Shown here piece by piece: positions 1-9,960 of a stretch of DNA of 30,496 bases. The notes beneath the pieces were generated by a model, which had not been told where the DNA came from, made no database searches, and saw only the letters and a list, made by a program, of their open reading frames with translations. Where the stretch lies: contig NW_021832702.1 of assembly GCF_006345805.1 (NCBI RefSeq), positions 1 to 30,496 of the forward strand. Reading direction: 5' to 3'. The translations under genes were made by a program, and so were the position numbers. The stretch comes from Octopus sinensis. Taxonomy: Eukaryota. Numbering within the stretch: position 1 is the stretch's first letter; each line of letters opens with the position of its first letter.

Positions 1-500
1 CCATCATCCTCATCATCATCGACATCGTCATCATCATAATCAACATTTTCACACCAACACCCGCCATAATCATCATCACCACCACCACTACCATGGTCAT
101 CATCATCATCATTATCATCAACATCATCATCATCGTCATCGTCGTCGTCGTTGTGTCATTATTATTTCCCTACCACCACCACCACCACCACCACCACTGC
201 TATCATAAGCATCACCACTTCTATTAGTGCCACCACCATCAAAAACCACTACAACCATAGCTGACACCACCACCGCCGCTACCACCTACGTTGGCACTAT
301 CACCACCACCGCCAGCATCACCACCACCATCACCACCACCGCCGTCACCAAACATTATTACCATCAACACCACCACCACCATCCTCATCATCCTCACGAT
401 CACCTCCTCTGCCAGCGTCATCGCTACCATCACCATCACCACCACCACCACCACCACCACCACTATCAGCAACCACCGCCACCACCACCACCAACTCCTC
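1..500. repeat. (CAT)n/(CAC)n degenerate trinucleotide microsatellite
   Basis: Runs of catcat/caccac; explains the His/Thr/Pro-rich ORFs at 227-677. Confidence 0.9.
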
Positions 501-834
501 CCCTTTAATGCCGTCGCAGTTGTCGTTGCTGTTGTTAAGAAAATTGCTCGAACGACAATAAATACAAAGATGTATGGGCGGTGGGGGGCTTGCTGCTACG
601 CCCATAGACTCCCACCACACACACACACACACACACACACACCTTATTCTTGGCAACAGTAACTGCGGCAGCAGCAATTACAACAAGAACAAGAAAAACC
701 AACATTAATAAAAAAAAAACAACAAAAAACTAATCACGACATCAACACGAGAAGCAAAACAAAAAGAGGTTGTAACAACAACAACAACAACAACAACAAC
801 GACAACGACAACAACAACTACAGCAATAACAAAA

Positions 835-1424
835 CCTATTTCTTTACTACCCACAAGGGGCTAAACACAGAGAGGACAAGCAAGGACAGACAGAGGGATT
901 AAGTTGATTATATCGACCCCAGTCGTAACTGGTACTTAATTTATCGACCCCGAAGATAAGGCAAGTCGAAACCTCGGCGGAATTTGAACTCAGAACGTAG
1001 CGGCAGACGAAAACCTATTTCTTCTTTACTACCCACAAGGGCTAAACACAGAGGGACAAACAAGGACAGACACACGATTAATCGATTATATCGACCCCAG
1101 TGCGTAACTGGGTACTTAATTTATCGACCCCGAAGATGAAAGGCAAGAGTCGACCTCGGCGGAATTTTGAACTCTAACGTAACGGCAAGACGAAATACCT
1201 ATTTCTTTACTACCCACAAGGGCTAAACACGAGAGGACAAGCAAGGACAGATACACGGATTAAGTCGATTATATCGACCCCAGTGCGTAACTGTACTAAT
1301 TTATCGTCCCGAAAGGATGAAAGGCAAAGTCGACCATCGGCGGAATTTGAACTCAGAACGTAGCGGCAGACGAATACGGCTACGCATTTCGCCCGGCGTG
1401 CTAACGATTCTGCCAGCTCACCGC
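835..1424 (-). mobile_element. Head-to-tail trimer of tRNA-derived SINE family A (two 5'-truncated units plus one full-length unit)
   Basis: Units start at 835, 1014 and 1198 (cctatttctttactacccacaagg...). Only the last keeps the head (minus strand GGTGAGCTGGCAGAATCGTTAG, B-box-like GAGTTCAAATTCC). Matches copies at 4993-5181 and 14930-15161. Confidence 0.85.
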
Positions 1425-1494
1425 TTTGTAAATAGGTATATAACGTCAATAACAACAACAATATGAAGGTTGCATGTAAGAACAGGTGGAAGGA

Positions 1495-1661
1495 GTCGAT
1501 TACATTGACCCCAGTGTTTAACTGCTACTTATTTTATCGACTCCGAAAGGATGAAATGTAAAGTCGACATCGGCGGAATTTGAACTCAGAACGTACCAAC
1601 AACGGGCGAAATACTGTTAAACATGTCATCCAGCGTACTAACGATTCTGCCAGTTCGCCGC
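1495..1661 (-). mobile_element. Diverged SINE family A copy, duplicated together with its 5' flank
   Basis: Homologous to 1265-1424; the flank tttgtaaataggtatataa...gcatgtaagaaca occurs at both 1425-1484 and 1662-1721. Confidence 0.75.
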
Positions 1662-2055
1662 TTTGTAAATAGGTATATAATGTCAATAACAACAACAATA
1701 TGAAGGATGCATATAAGAACACGAAGTCTTGGTTGCATGACAAAAACAAACGCGATGGTCATGGTTAAAACGTTGTTGAAAGAAACGAAACATCAACAAC
1801 AGAAACAATAAACACAACAGCTGTAAAAACAACAGTAAGAAGAGCCAGTGTGTGTATATTTATGTGGTCAGATGCCATGCTTGAAAGACTTGTTAAATTC
1901 AGTCAGACAACGTCTTATCGTCTTAAAAACAAACGAAACGACGATTAAACAATGCTGCTTATTAATTCATGGGATTCTAACAAAATAGTGAGATTCCAAA
2001 CAAAGAGCTCGTGGTTTAGTCAGATTCATAGATTCATTGTTTCGGTGAGGGTAAT

Positions 2056-2102
2056 TTTGACTGAAGAGACACAACGAGGCCGAAACACCGACATGTCTCA
2101 GA
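2056..2102 (+). ncRNA. Type I hammerhead ribozyme-like motif, catalytic core intact
   Basis: Stem I UUUGA(2056-60)/UCAGA(2098-2102); CUGAAGA 2061-67; G2068-C2081 closing a weak stem II; GAAA 2082-85; stem III ACA/UGU; GUC cleavage triplet 2095-97. Folded by eye only. Confidence 0.55.
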
Positions 2103-2387
2103 CTCCCTTACACTGCTGAATCGCGTGCGCTATGAGCGCACCTCGTGTAAAAGATGGAAGTGTTCTGCAGTGGCAAAAAAAAAAAAAAAAAAAAAACAAT
2201 AATCAGATATTCACGTTCGAATCTGCCCCGAATTTATTAAGAAGGAATAGATACGTTAGTGTTTGGATTCTTACTATTCTGCGTGTACTCCCTGAATTAT
2301 TATTTGTTATCACCAAATAATTTGTTTGCTGATAACCCTTAACAAGAGCTTGTACTTTTGTCAAATTCATTGATCCGACGGGGTAAC

Positions 2388-2437
2388 TTTGACTAAGGAG
2401 ACACTCAACGAGACCGAAACGTCGCGATGTATATAAG
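2388..2437 (+). ncRNA. Degenerate type I hammerhead-like motif (second repeat unit)
   Basis: CUAAGGA 2393-99 (G5 changed to A), GAAA 2416-19, near-palindromic stem III ACGUCGCGAUGU, GUA triplet 2429-31; stem I mostly lost. Confidence 0.4.
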
Positions 2438-2565
2438 GGTCGCCTTACACCGGTGAATCGCGTGCGTTGTGAACGCACATTGTCTAAAAGAAAGAGATGT
2501 TCTCCGATGACGGAAAACAACAGCGATCATGTCTTCACGTTTGACTAAGCCAAAACGTATTAAGA

Positions 2566-3127
2566 ATGGCGGCGGCGGTGGTGGTAGTGGTGGTAGTGGT
2601 GGTTTTGGTGGTGGTGGTGGTGGTGGTGGTGGTGGTGGTAGTGATGGTGGTGGTGGTGGTTTTGGTGGTGGTGGTGGTTTTGGTGGTGGTGGTGGTGGTG
2701 GTGGTGGTGGTGGTTTTGGTGGTGGTTTTGGTGGTGGTGGTGGTGGTGGTGGTGGTAGTAGTGGTGGTGGTAGTGGTGGTGGTTTTGGTGGTGGTTTTTT
2801 GGTGGTGGTGGTGGTGGTGGTGGTTGGTGGGGTTTTGGTGGTGGTGGTGGTTATAGCAATGGTAGTGGTGGTTGTGATGGAGATGAACGCAGCAATAATG
2901 TTGGTATTAGAAGTGTTAAAGGCGGTGGGAGTATGTCGTGGCAGTGAAGGAAGTGAGGCAGTGGTTGAGGTGGTAGTGGTGGTAGTAGTGATGGCAGTAG
3001 TGGTACGGCTTGGATGCTTATGGTGGGGTTGATGGCAGTGGTAGCGCTGGTGATGTTCGTCGCGGTCGCTATAGACGTCATCGTCATCGTGGTCGTCGTG
3101 GTCGCCGTCGTTGTCGTCGTCGTCATC

Positions 3128-3187
<60 letters not shown>

Positions 3188-3270
3188 ATAAAGTGGTGGT
3201 AGAGGTTGTGGTGGTGTAGGTTGTGGTGGTGTAGGTTCTGGTGGTGTAGACTGTGGTGGTAACGGTGCAG
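2566..3270. repeat. (GGT)n, (TAG)n and 15-bp GGTTGTGGTGGTGTA low-complexity tract
   Basis: Direct inspection; source of the Gly/Val homopolymer ORFs. Confidence 0.9.
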
Positions 3271-3320
3271 ATGTTATTCATATAATTGCATAATGTATAA
3301 TGGATAAGCATGTGCATCGG

Positions 3321-3529
3321 TGAGACAGACAGACAGACAGACAGACATACATACAGATAGATATATATAGATAGAGAATAGATAGATAGGTAAATAGATA
3401 GATAGATGATAGATAGATAGATATAGATAGATAATAGATAGATAGACGACAGACAACAGATAGATAGACGATAGATAGATAGATAATAGATAGATAGATA
3501 GATAGATAGATGACAACAGATAGACAGAC

Positions 3530-3588
<59 letters not shown>

Positions 3589-3860
3589 CAGACAGATAGA
3601 TAGATAGATAGTAATAGATAGATCGATATATAGACAGACAGACGACAGATGATAGACAGATGATAGATGATAATAGATAGATAGATAGCGATAGATAGAT
3701 AGATAGATAGATAGGTATAATAGATAATAATAGATAGACGACCGATAGATAGATATATAATAGATAGATAGATAGATGATAGATATATAGATAGATATAT
3801 AGATAGATATTATATATACAGACGATAGATACATAGGTAGATAGATAGATAGACATATAT
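3321..3860. repeat. Degenerate (GATA)n/(GACA)n microsatellite
   Basis: Direct inspection. Confidence 0.9.
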
Positions 3861-4193
3861 AGAGCGATATAGTCACAATGAAAGAGAGACAGAAAGGTTG
3901 AAAGACGGAACTTGAGAAAGTGTTGATGTCAGATCTGTATATAGCCGAGGCGGAAAAGCGTAGTTCGAAACCTGAACTACGAATTTGTTCACCCCACAAA
4001 TCCGCCCACATTTCCACCTTCCATCATCTCATATTGCTTGCCTCATTCGACACTCCTCTAATTATTATAAGTGTTTTATGTATGAATGTGTGTATGTATG
4101 TCCATGAAAGAAAATAATAACAATACAAACTATATTATATTATACATTTATATTATATATACACTATAAAACACCCACACACACACACACCAC

Positions 4194-4226
<33 letters not shown>

Positions 4227-4228
<2 letters not shown>

Positions 4229-4408
4229 CATAGAGGTGTGCATTTTTTTTTATTCATTGTATGCATACTCGAAAAGAAGTACTCGATACTTATATGGAGT
4301 AGTATTTTATCTAGACACTTCGCGATTGCTTATCTGCTTTCAGGCTACGAAATCAGATACTTTACGCACAATACATACACCGCCGCACACACACACAACA
4401 CACACACC

Positions 4409-4439
<31 letters not shown>

Positions 4440-4459
4440 ACAACCACATATAATATATA

Positions 4460-4492
<33 letters not shown>

Positions 4493-4652
4493 CTCATAGA
4501 GGTGTGCATTTTTATTCATTGTATGCATACTCGAAAAAGAAGTACTCGATACTTAATATGGAGTAGTATTTTATCTAGACACTTCGCGATTGCTTATCTG
4601 CTTTCAGGCTACGAAATCAGATACTTACGCACAAATACATACAACGCACACA

Positions 4653-4703
<51 letters not shown>

Positions 4704-4705
4704 CA
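4227..4705. repeat. ~267-bp tandem duplication (160 bp unique + (CA)n + (TA)n)
   Basis: tcatagaggtgtgcattttt...gaaatcagatactt occurs at ~4227 and ~4494; differences are almost all homopolymer-length indels. Confidence 0.85.
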
Positions 4706-4992
4706 TAAATGAACATACCAAGAGTGACGCATATATACATTCAAACACGTGCACACACACCGATCTAAACAGTGCCTCACGGAAGGCTGTAACAACGCAG
4801 ATCCAATATTAGATATGAATAACATCAACATCAGTTACTTCTGATATTTCGGGTAAACTGCACCTTTTCAGAAGCATCGAAAGAATAATAGCGGATAATC
4901 GCCCGTTACCTTGATATTTCATTTATGATATACATACATACCTATATTCATCTATATATGGGTGTACGTTTATATATATATATATATATATG

Positions 4993-5181
4993 CTTAGCGG
5001 TATTTCGTCAGTCGCTACGTTCTGAGTTCAAATTCCGCCGAGGTCGACTTTGCCTTTCATCCTCTCGGGGTCGATAAATAAAGTACCAGTTTCACACTGG
5101 GTCGGTGTAATGGACTTAATCCCTTTGTCTGTCCTTGTTTATCCCCTCTATGTTTAGCACCTTGTGAGTAGTAAAGAAATA
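4993..5181 (+). mobile_element. 5'-truncated SINE family A copy
   Basis: tatttcgtc...gagttcaaattccgccgaggtcgactttgcctttcatcc...gtagtaaagaaata matches the family A reverse complement. Confidence 0.85.
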
Positions 5182-5187
5182 TATATA

Positions 5188-5375
5188 AATTAGAAACTGG
5201 AGGAAACTTTAGATCAATAAATCTATTGGACCACATCTGTAGCTCATTATATAATACAAAACATGACATGATGTACCATTTATGTCACATAAATGTTGTT
5301 ATGTCATGTTTTGTATTAAATAATAATAAGCTACAGATGTGGTCCAATTGATTTGTTTTCCTCCATTTTCTAATT
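5188..5375. mobile_element. 188-bp foldback (near-palindromic) element, MITE-like
   Basis: Arms aattagaaactggagg...ttggaccacatctgtagct...taatacaaaacatgacat and atgtcatgttttgtatta...agctacagatgtggtccaa...cctccattttctaatt; inner stem CATTTATG-tca-CATAAATG (5277-5295). Confidence 0.7.
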
Positions 5376-5607
5376 ATTAAATTTGATTTCTGATAACTTT
5401 TGTTATTCTGTTGTTACCTGTACTCCACGAGCATAGTGTGCCTGCATACCCATGCCCAGAGATAACACGGGTAACTGATGCCGATAGTAAATACGGATAA
5501 TTAATTTATCCCTTAGTCGGTTACCATAACCGCTAACTCTGCTTACCTATGTATAAATATATATATATATATGTGTGTATATATATTCACACACACACAT
5601 ATATGCA

Positions 5608-6006
5608 TACTCTTTTATTGTTTCAGTCATTTGATTGTGGCCGTGCTGGAGCACCACCTTTTTACTCGAGCAAATCGACCCCAGGACTTATTATTTGTAA
5701 GCCTAGTACTTATTCTATCGGTCTTTTTCGCCGAACCGCTAAGTTTACGGGGACGTAAACACACCAGCATCAGTTGGGGGGACAAAGACAGAGACACAAA
5801 CATATACACATACACATACATATATATATATATACATATATACGACGGGCTTCTTTCAGTTTCCGTCTACCAAAATCCACTCACAAGGCTTTGGTCGGCC
5901 CGAGGCTATAGTAGAAGACACTTGCGCAAGGTGCCACGCAGTGGGACTGAACCCGGAACCATGTGGTTCGTAAGCAAGCTACTTACCACACAGCCACTCC
6001 TACGCC
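5608..6006 (-). mobile_element. tRNA-derived SINE family B (bipartite, internal TA/CA microsatellite)
   Basis: Head GGCGTAGGAGTGGCTGTGTGGTAAG...GGTTCAGTCCC, CORE-like GCACCTTG(G)GCAAGTG block, tail (AGTAAAAG)n-like; seven more copies in the window. Confidence 0.85.
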
Positions 6007-6210
6007 TATATACATGATATTAAAATTGATAATACTATGTACGGAAATTTATGTCAACACAACATTATCAAGGTAATCCATATTGGTGAAATTTTAACGG
6101 AACATCTGAAATATTTTTAGCTGTTAAATATGCTAACAAAAAGAAACGGCAAACCAAATTCAACTTCAGAAATTCATTCATTCAACCGAAAACGACGTCA
6201 CTGAATAACT

Positions 6211-6430
6211 ACTCTTTACTCTCTTTTTAGTCTTTTACTTGTTTCAGACATTTGACTGCGGCCATGCTGGAGTACCCGCTTTAGTCGAGCAACTCGGCCC
6301 CGGGACTTATTCTTTGTAAGCCCAGTACTTATTCTATCGGTCTCTTTTGCCGAACCGCTAAGTTACGGGGACATAAACACACCAGCATCGGTTGTCAAGC
6401 AATGCTAGGGGGACAAACACAGACACACAA

Positions 6431-6499
<69 letters not shown>

Positions 6500-6665
6500 A
6501 TATGACGGGCTTCTTTCAGTTTCTGTCTACTAAATCCACCCATAAGGCTTTGGTCGGCCCGAGGCTATAGTAGAAGACACTTGCACAAGGTGCTATGCAG
6601 TGGGACTGAACCCAGAACCATGTGGTTCGTAAGCAAGCTACTTACCACACAGCCACTCCCGCGCC
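6211..6665 (-). mobile_element. SINE family B, full length
   Basis: Collinear with 5608-6006 and 14301-14728. Confidence 0.85.
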
Positions 6666-6723
6666 TATTTATTTAGTATAATAAACCCTATTAATAGGCA
6701 CTAACCTTATTTTATAACATGTA

Positions 6724-7230
6724 GGCGTGGCTGGGTGGTAAGAAATTTGCTTCCCAACCACATGGTTCCGGGTTTAGTCCCATTCTGTGGCACCTTGGGC
6801 AAGTGTGTTCTGCTATAGCTTCGGGCCGACCAAAGCCTTGTGGGTGGATTTGGTTGACGGAAACCGAAAGAAGCCTGTCCATCCCACACCCCCGCATTAT
6901 AGCTTGACAACCGATGTTGGTGTGCTTACGTCCCCAAAACTTAGCGTTTCGGCAGAAAATCCCGATAGAATAAATACTAGGCTTGCAAAGTTCGCCATTA
7001 CCTTCTGCCGGAGTCACGTGCAGATGATGTGTTTTGCTCATAAACACACACGTCGCCCGGTCTGAGATTCGAACCAGCGATCCCTCGACCGCGACTCCGC
7101 TGCTCTAACCACTAGGCTATGTGCCTCCACGCATTGACATATGGGGTCGATTTGTTCGACTAAAGGCGGTGATCCAGCATGGCTGCCGTCAAATGACTGA
7201 AACGAATAAACGATTAATAGAATAAAAAGA
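6724..7230 (+). mobile_element. SINE family B, interrupted by a family C fragment
   Basis: Family B homology at 6724-6985 and 7142-7230; foreign insert between. Confidence 0.8.
6990..7130 (-). mobile_element. 5' part of tRNA-derived SINE family C, nested in family B
   Basis: Minus strand GTGGAGGCACATAGCCTAGTGGTTAGAGCAGCGGAGTCGCGGTC...GGTTCGAATC matches the head of 11104-11490. Confidence 0.8.
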
Positions 7231-7383
7231 ATATATATACATATGTACACGCACATGCATACACACACACACACGCAGATACACATTCACTTACACACAT
7301 GTGTGTGTGTGCACTTTTCTTTTTATCGTTCATCCTCTCACTATCCCTCTCTCCCTCCCTCTCTCTCTCTCTTTCTATCTATT

Positions 7384-7451
<68 letters not shown>

Positions 7452-7629
7452 CGTATCTGTCTCTCTTTCACTCATTCTGTCTCCAGTCAGTCTCATGTTG
7501 CTAGAAACGAAGCACGTGATCAAGTCACGTGCGACGCGGTCTGAAAACGCTTTTGCGGCTTTTGCACGTCTTCCTTGCCGTGTGTCGTTCGGCAATTATT
7601 AGCAGAGAAATGTGACACACTAATAAAGA

Positions 7630-8460
7630 TGGGTGTGGCTGTGGAGGTTGATGTAGTGGGGGCATGAGATGAGGATAGTGATGGCGGTGGTGGTGGTGGT
7701 GGTGATTGTTGTGGTAGTGGTTGTAGTGGTGGTATTGATGGTTATGTGGGTGGGTGTGTTGTATTGGTGAGTTTCGTAATGGAGTTAGCGGTGGCTGTTG
7801 TGGTGGTTGTGATAGAAGTAATGATAGTTGTGATGGTGATAGTGGTAGCTTTCGTAGTGGTGGTAATGGTGGTGGTAGAAGTGATTGTGGTAGTAATAGT
7901 GGTGGTAGTAGTAGTAGTAGTAGTGGTAGTGGCGGCAATGTAGTGGTGGTAGAGGTGTTGGTTGTGGCGGCGGCGGTGACGGCGGCGTGGCGGCGGCGGT
8001 GGCGGCGGCGGTGGCGGCGGCGGTGGGCGGTGGCGGCGGCGGTGGCGGCGGCGGTGGCGGCGGGCGGGGGCGGTGGCGTCACGACGTGGCGGTGGTGAGG
8101 GTGGTAGTAGTGGTAGTGGTGGTGGTGGTGGTGGTGGTGGTGGTGTGGTGAAGGTAGGGGTTGTAGAGGCAGTGGTGGTGTTGGTAGTGGCTGACAGTGT
8201 AATGATAGTTGTGGTTGTAGTAAGTGTTAACAGAGATGACACTGACTGAGATTGAGGTAATAGCGATTGACACGAGGCGTGGTCGTGGTTGCTGTGGTCT
8301 TGATTGTGGTTACGGTGCTAGCAGTAGATTCTGAGGGCGTGGTTAAAGGTGGTTGTGGTATTGGTGCTAGTTGCGATGGAGATAATAGTAACTAGTTTCT
8401 GCTGTGGTTGTGGTTGTAGCAACTGTGGGTGGAAATATGGTATTTGTGGTTGCAGGTCTA
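7630..8460. repeat. (GTG/GTA)n low-complexity tract with a GGCGGCGGCGGT 12-mer block at ~7965-8080
   Basis: Direct inspection. Confidence 0.85.
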
Positions 8461-8551
8461 TGATCAAAGCCGTTTCATCCATGACCACCCCGAATTTCGA
8501 GAATTATCTATGACTTCATACAGTATCATGGAGGCGTGTAGCATATATATG

Positions 8552-8690
8552 TATAGACATTTCTACAGCTGAGTGAACTTGACTAACGTGAAATAATGTG
8601 TCTTGCTCAAGAACACAACACGCAGCCCAGTCCGAGAATCGAACTCACAACTACATAATTGTTAGCTTGACGCTCTAACCACTGAAACAA
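8552..8690 (-). mobile_element. tRNA-derived SINE family D fragment (CORE/Deu-like central block)
   Basis: Minus strand TCAGTGGTTAGAGCG (A box)...GAGTTCGATTCTC (B box)...GTGTTCTTGAGCAAGACAC...CACTCAGCTGTAGAAATG. Confidence 0.65.
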
Positions 8691-8734
8691 AATTTATCTC
8701 AGTGCTTTGGCTGCAGACATAAGCTAGGATGATT

Positions 8735-8779
8735 GTCATACTGATGAAGGATACTGAACCCGAAACACATGTCCGTGAC
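8735..8779 (+). ncRNA. Minimal type I hammerhead-like motif (Penelope-like), weak stems
   Basis: GUCAU-A/C-GUGAC stem I, CUGAUGA 8741-47, GG..CC stem II, GAAA 8762-65, AC-acau-GU stem III, GUC 8771-73; AATAAA at 8789-94. Confidence 0.4.
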
Positions 8780-9302
8780 TATCCAGACAATAAACCTAGA
8801 AATGACATTAACTTTTTGGAGAGTTCTTGCATCTTGAGATTATCTCCCCTTCTCCAGTGCAGCTGCCCTTAATTGCCATTTGGCAATTGTGATACATCTT
8901 GAAGAGGCAAAATTAATTTTAATAAATCAAGAATTTAAGTTCTATGGTATTTGGTACACCTTTATTTGAAATACATGTCACCAGTAACGGTTGAGTTATT
9001 TCCCTTATCGCATCTTATTTAAACTACCTATAGGTGTATGGGGGTGGATGTATGTGTGTTTGTTTTGTGTGTACGGAATTATCCATCTATGCTTCCATAT
9101 CTATCTGTCTATCTATCTATCTATCAACCTATCTATCTATACATATACATATATATATAATAATAATAATATTAGGGAGTATAACTCCAAACTTACAGGG
9201 TAAAATTTTTATATATTATATTAATTATATATATTATTTGTTATTTATGTATTGGTTTATGTCTATCACTCTTTGAGTTGCATAATAGTGGTTTTATCTC
9301 TA

Positions 9303-9345
<43 letters not shown>

Positions 9346-9759
9346 ATATATAGTATGTATTTATATATACATACATATATATATATATATACATATATAA
9401 ATATATATTTGTATCATGTATATATATATATGTATATATGTATATGTATGTATATATATATATATATATACATATACAAACATATATATATGTACATATA
9501 CATAAGTAAAAGCTGATAGACAGACAGATAAAAGGACGTTAAGGTAGTATGTATACACGTGTATATGTATAAGCGTGTGTTTGTATGTGTGTATATGGGT
9601 GAGTGTGTATAGCTGTGAGTGTACGTGTATATGTGTGTGTATGTGTGCGTGTGTGTATGCGTGTATGCACTTCATATTGCTGTTGATACTCCATCATCAT
9701 TATTATCGTTGTGGTCGTTCTTATCGCATCATCGCTGGTTTCTGTGGCTGTTAGCAATG

Positions 9760-9838
9760 TTATTATCATTATTGTTATTAACATTATCATAATCATTACC
9801 AACGTCATGAATATTATTATTATTATTATTATCATTAC

Positions 9839-9907
<69 letters not shown>

Positions 9908-9960
9908 TATCATTATTATTTCTGTTGTTGTTGTTGTCTATTTTGGATGTTGTTGTTTTT
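9760..9960. repeat. (ATT)n/(GTT)n microsatellite
   Basis: Direct inspection; source of the poly-Ile/poly-Asn ORFs. Confidence 0.9.

Larger units (their letters stand above)
1995..2565 (+). repeat. Diverged ~332-340 bp tandem repeat (about 1.7 units), each unit with a hammerhead-like motif; retrozyme-like
   Basis: Collinear shared blocks: aacaa(a)gagct, attcattg, gggtaa(t/c)tttgact, cgaaac, ccttacac, tgaatcgcgtgcg, aaaaga, tgttct, ttcacgtt, tattaagaa at ~2000-2242 and ~2341-2565. Confidence 0.75.

Noticed and set aside
5470-5533. Nested short inverted repeats (GGTAAC/GTTACC, GGATAA/TTATCC, GGTTA/TAACC)
   Set aside because: Stems are 6 bp or shorter, partly mutually exclusive, and lack a ribozyme or known RNA motif.
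7965-8080. GC-rich GGCGGCGGCGGT block as a CpG-island promoter or a Pro/Gly-rich exon
   Set aside because: It is a short-period repeat continuous with the flanking GTG tract and has frame-breaking indels.
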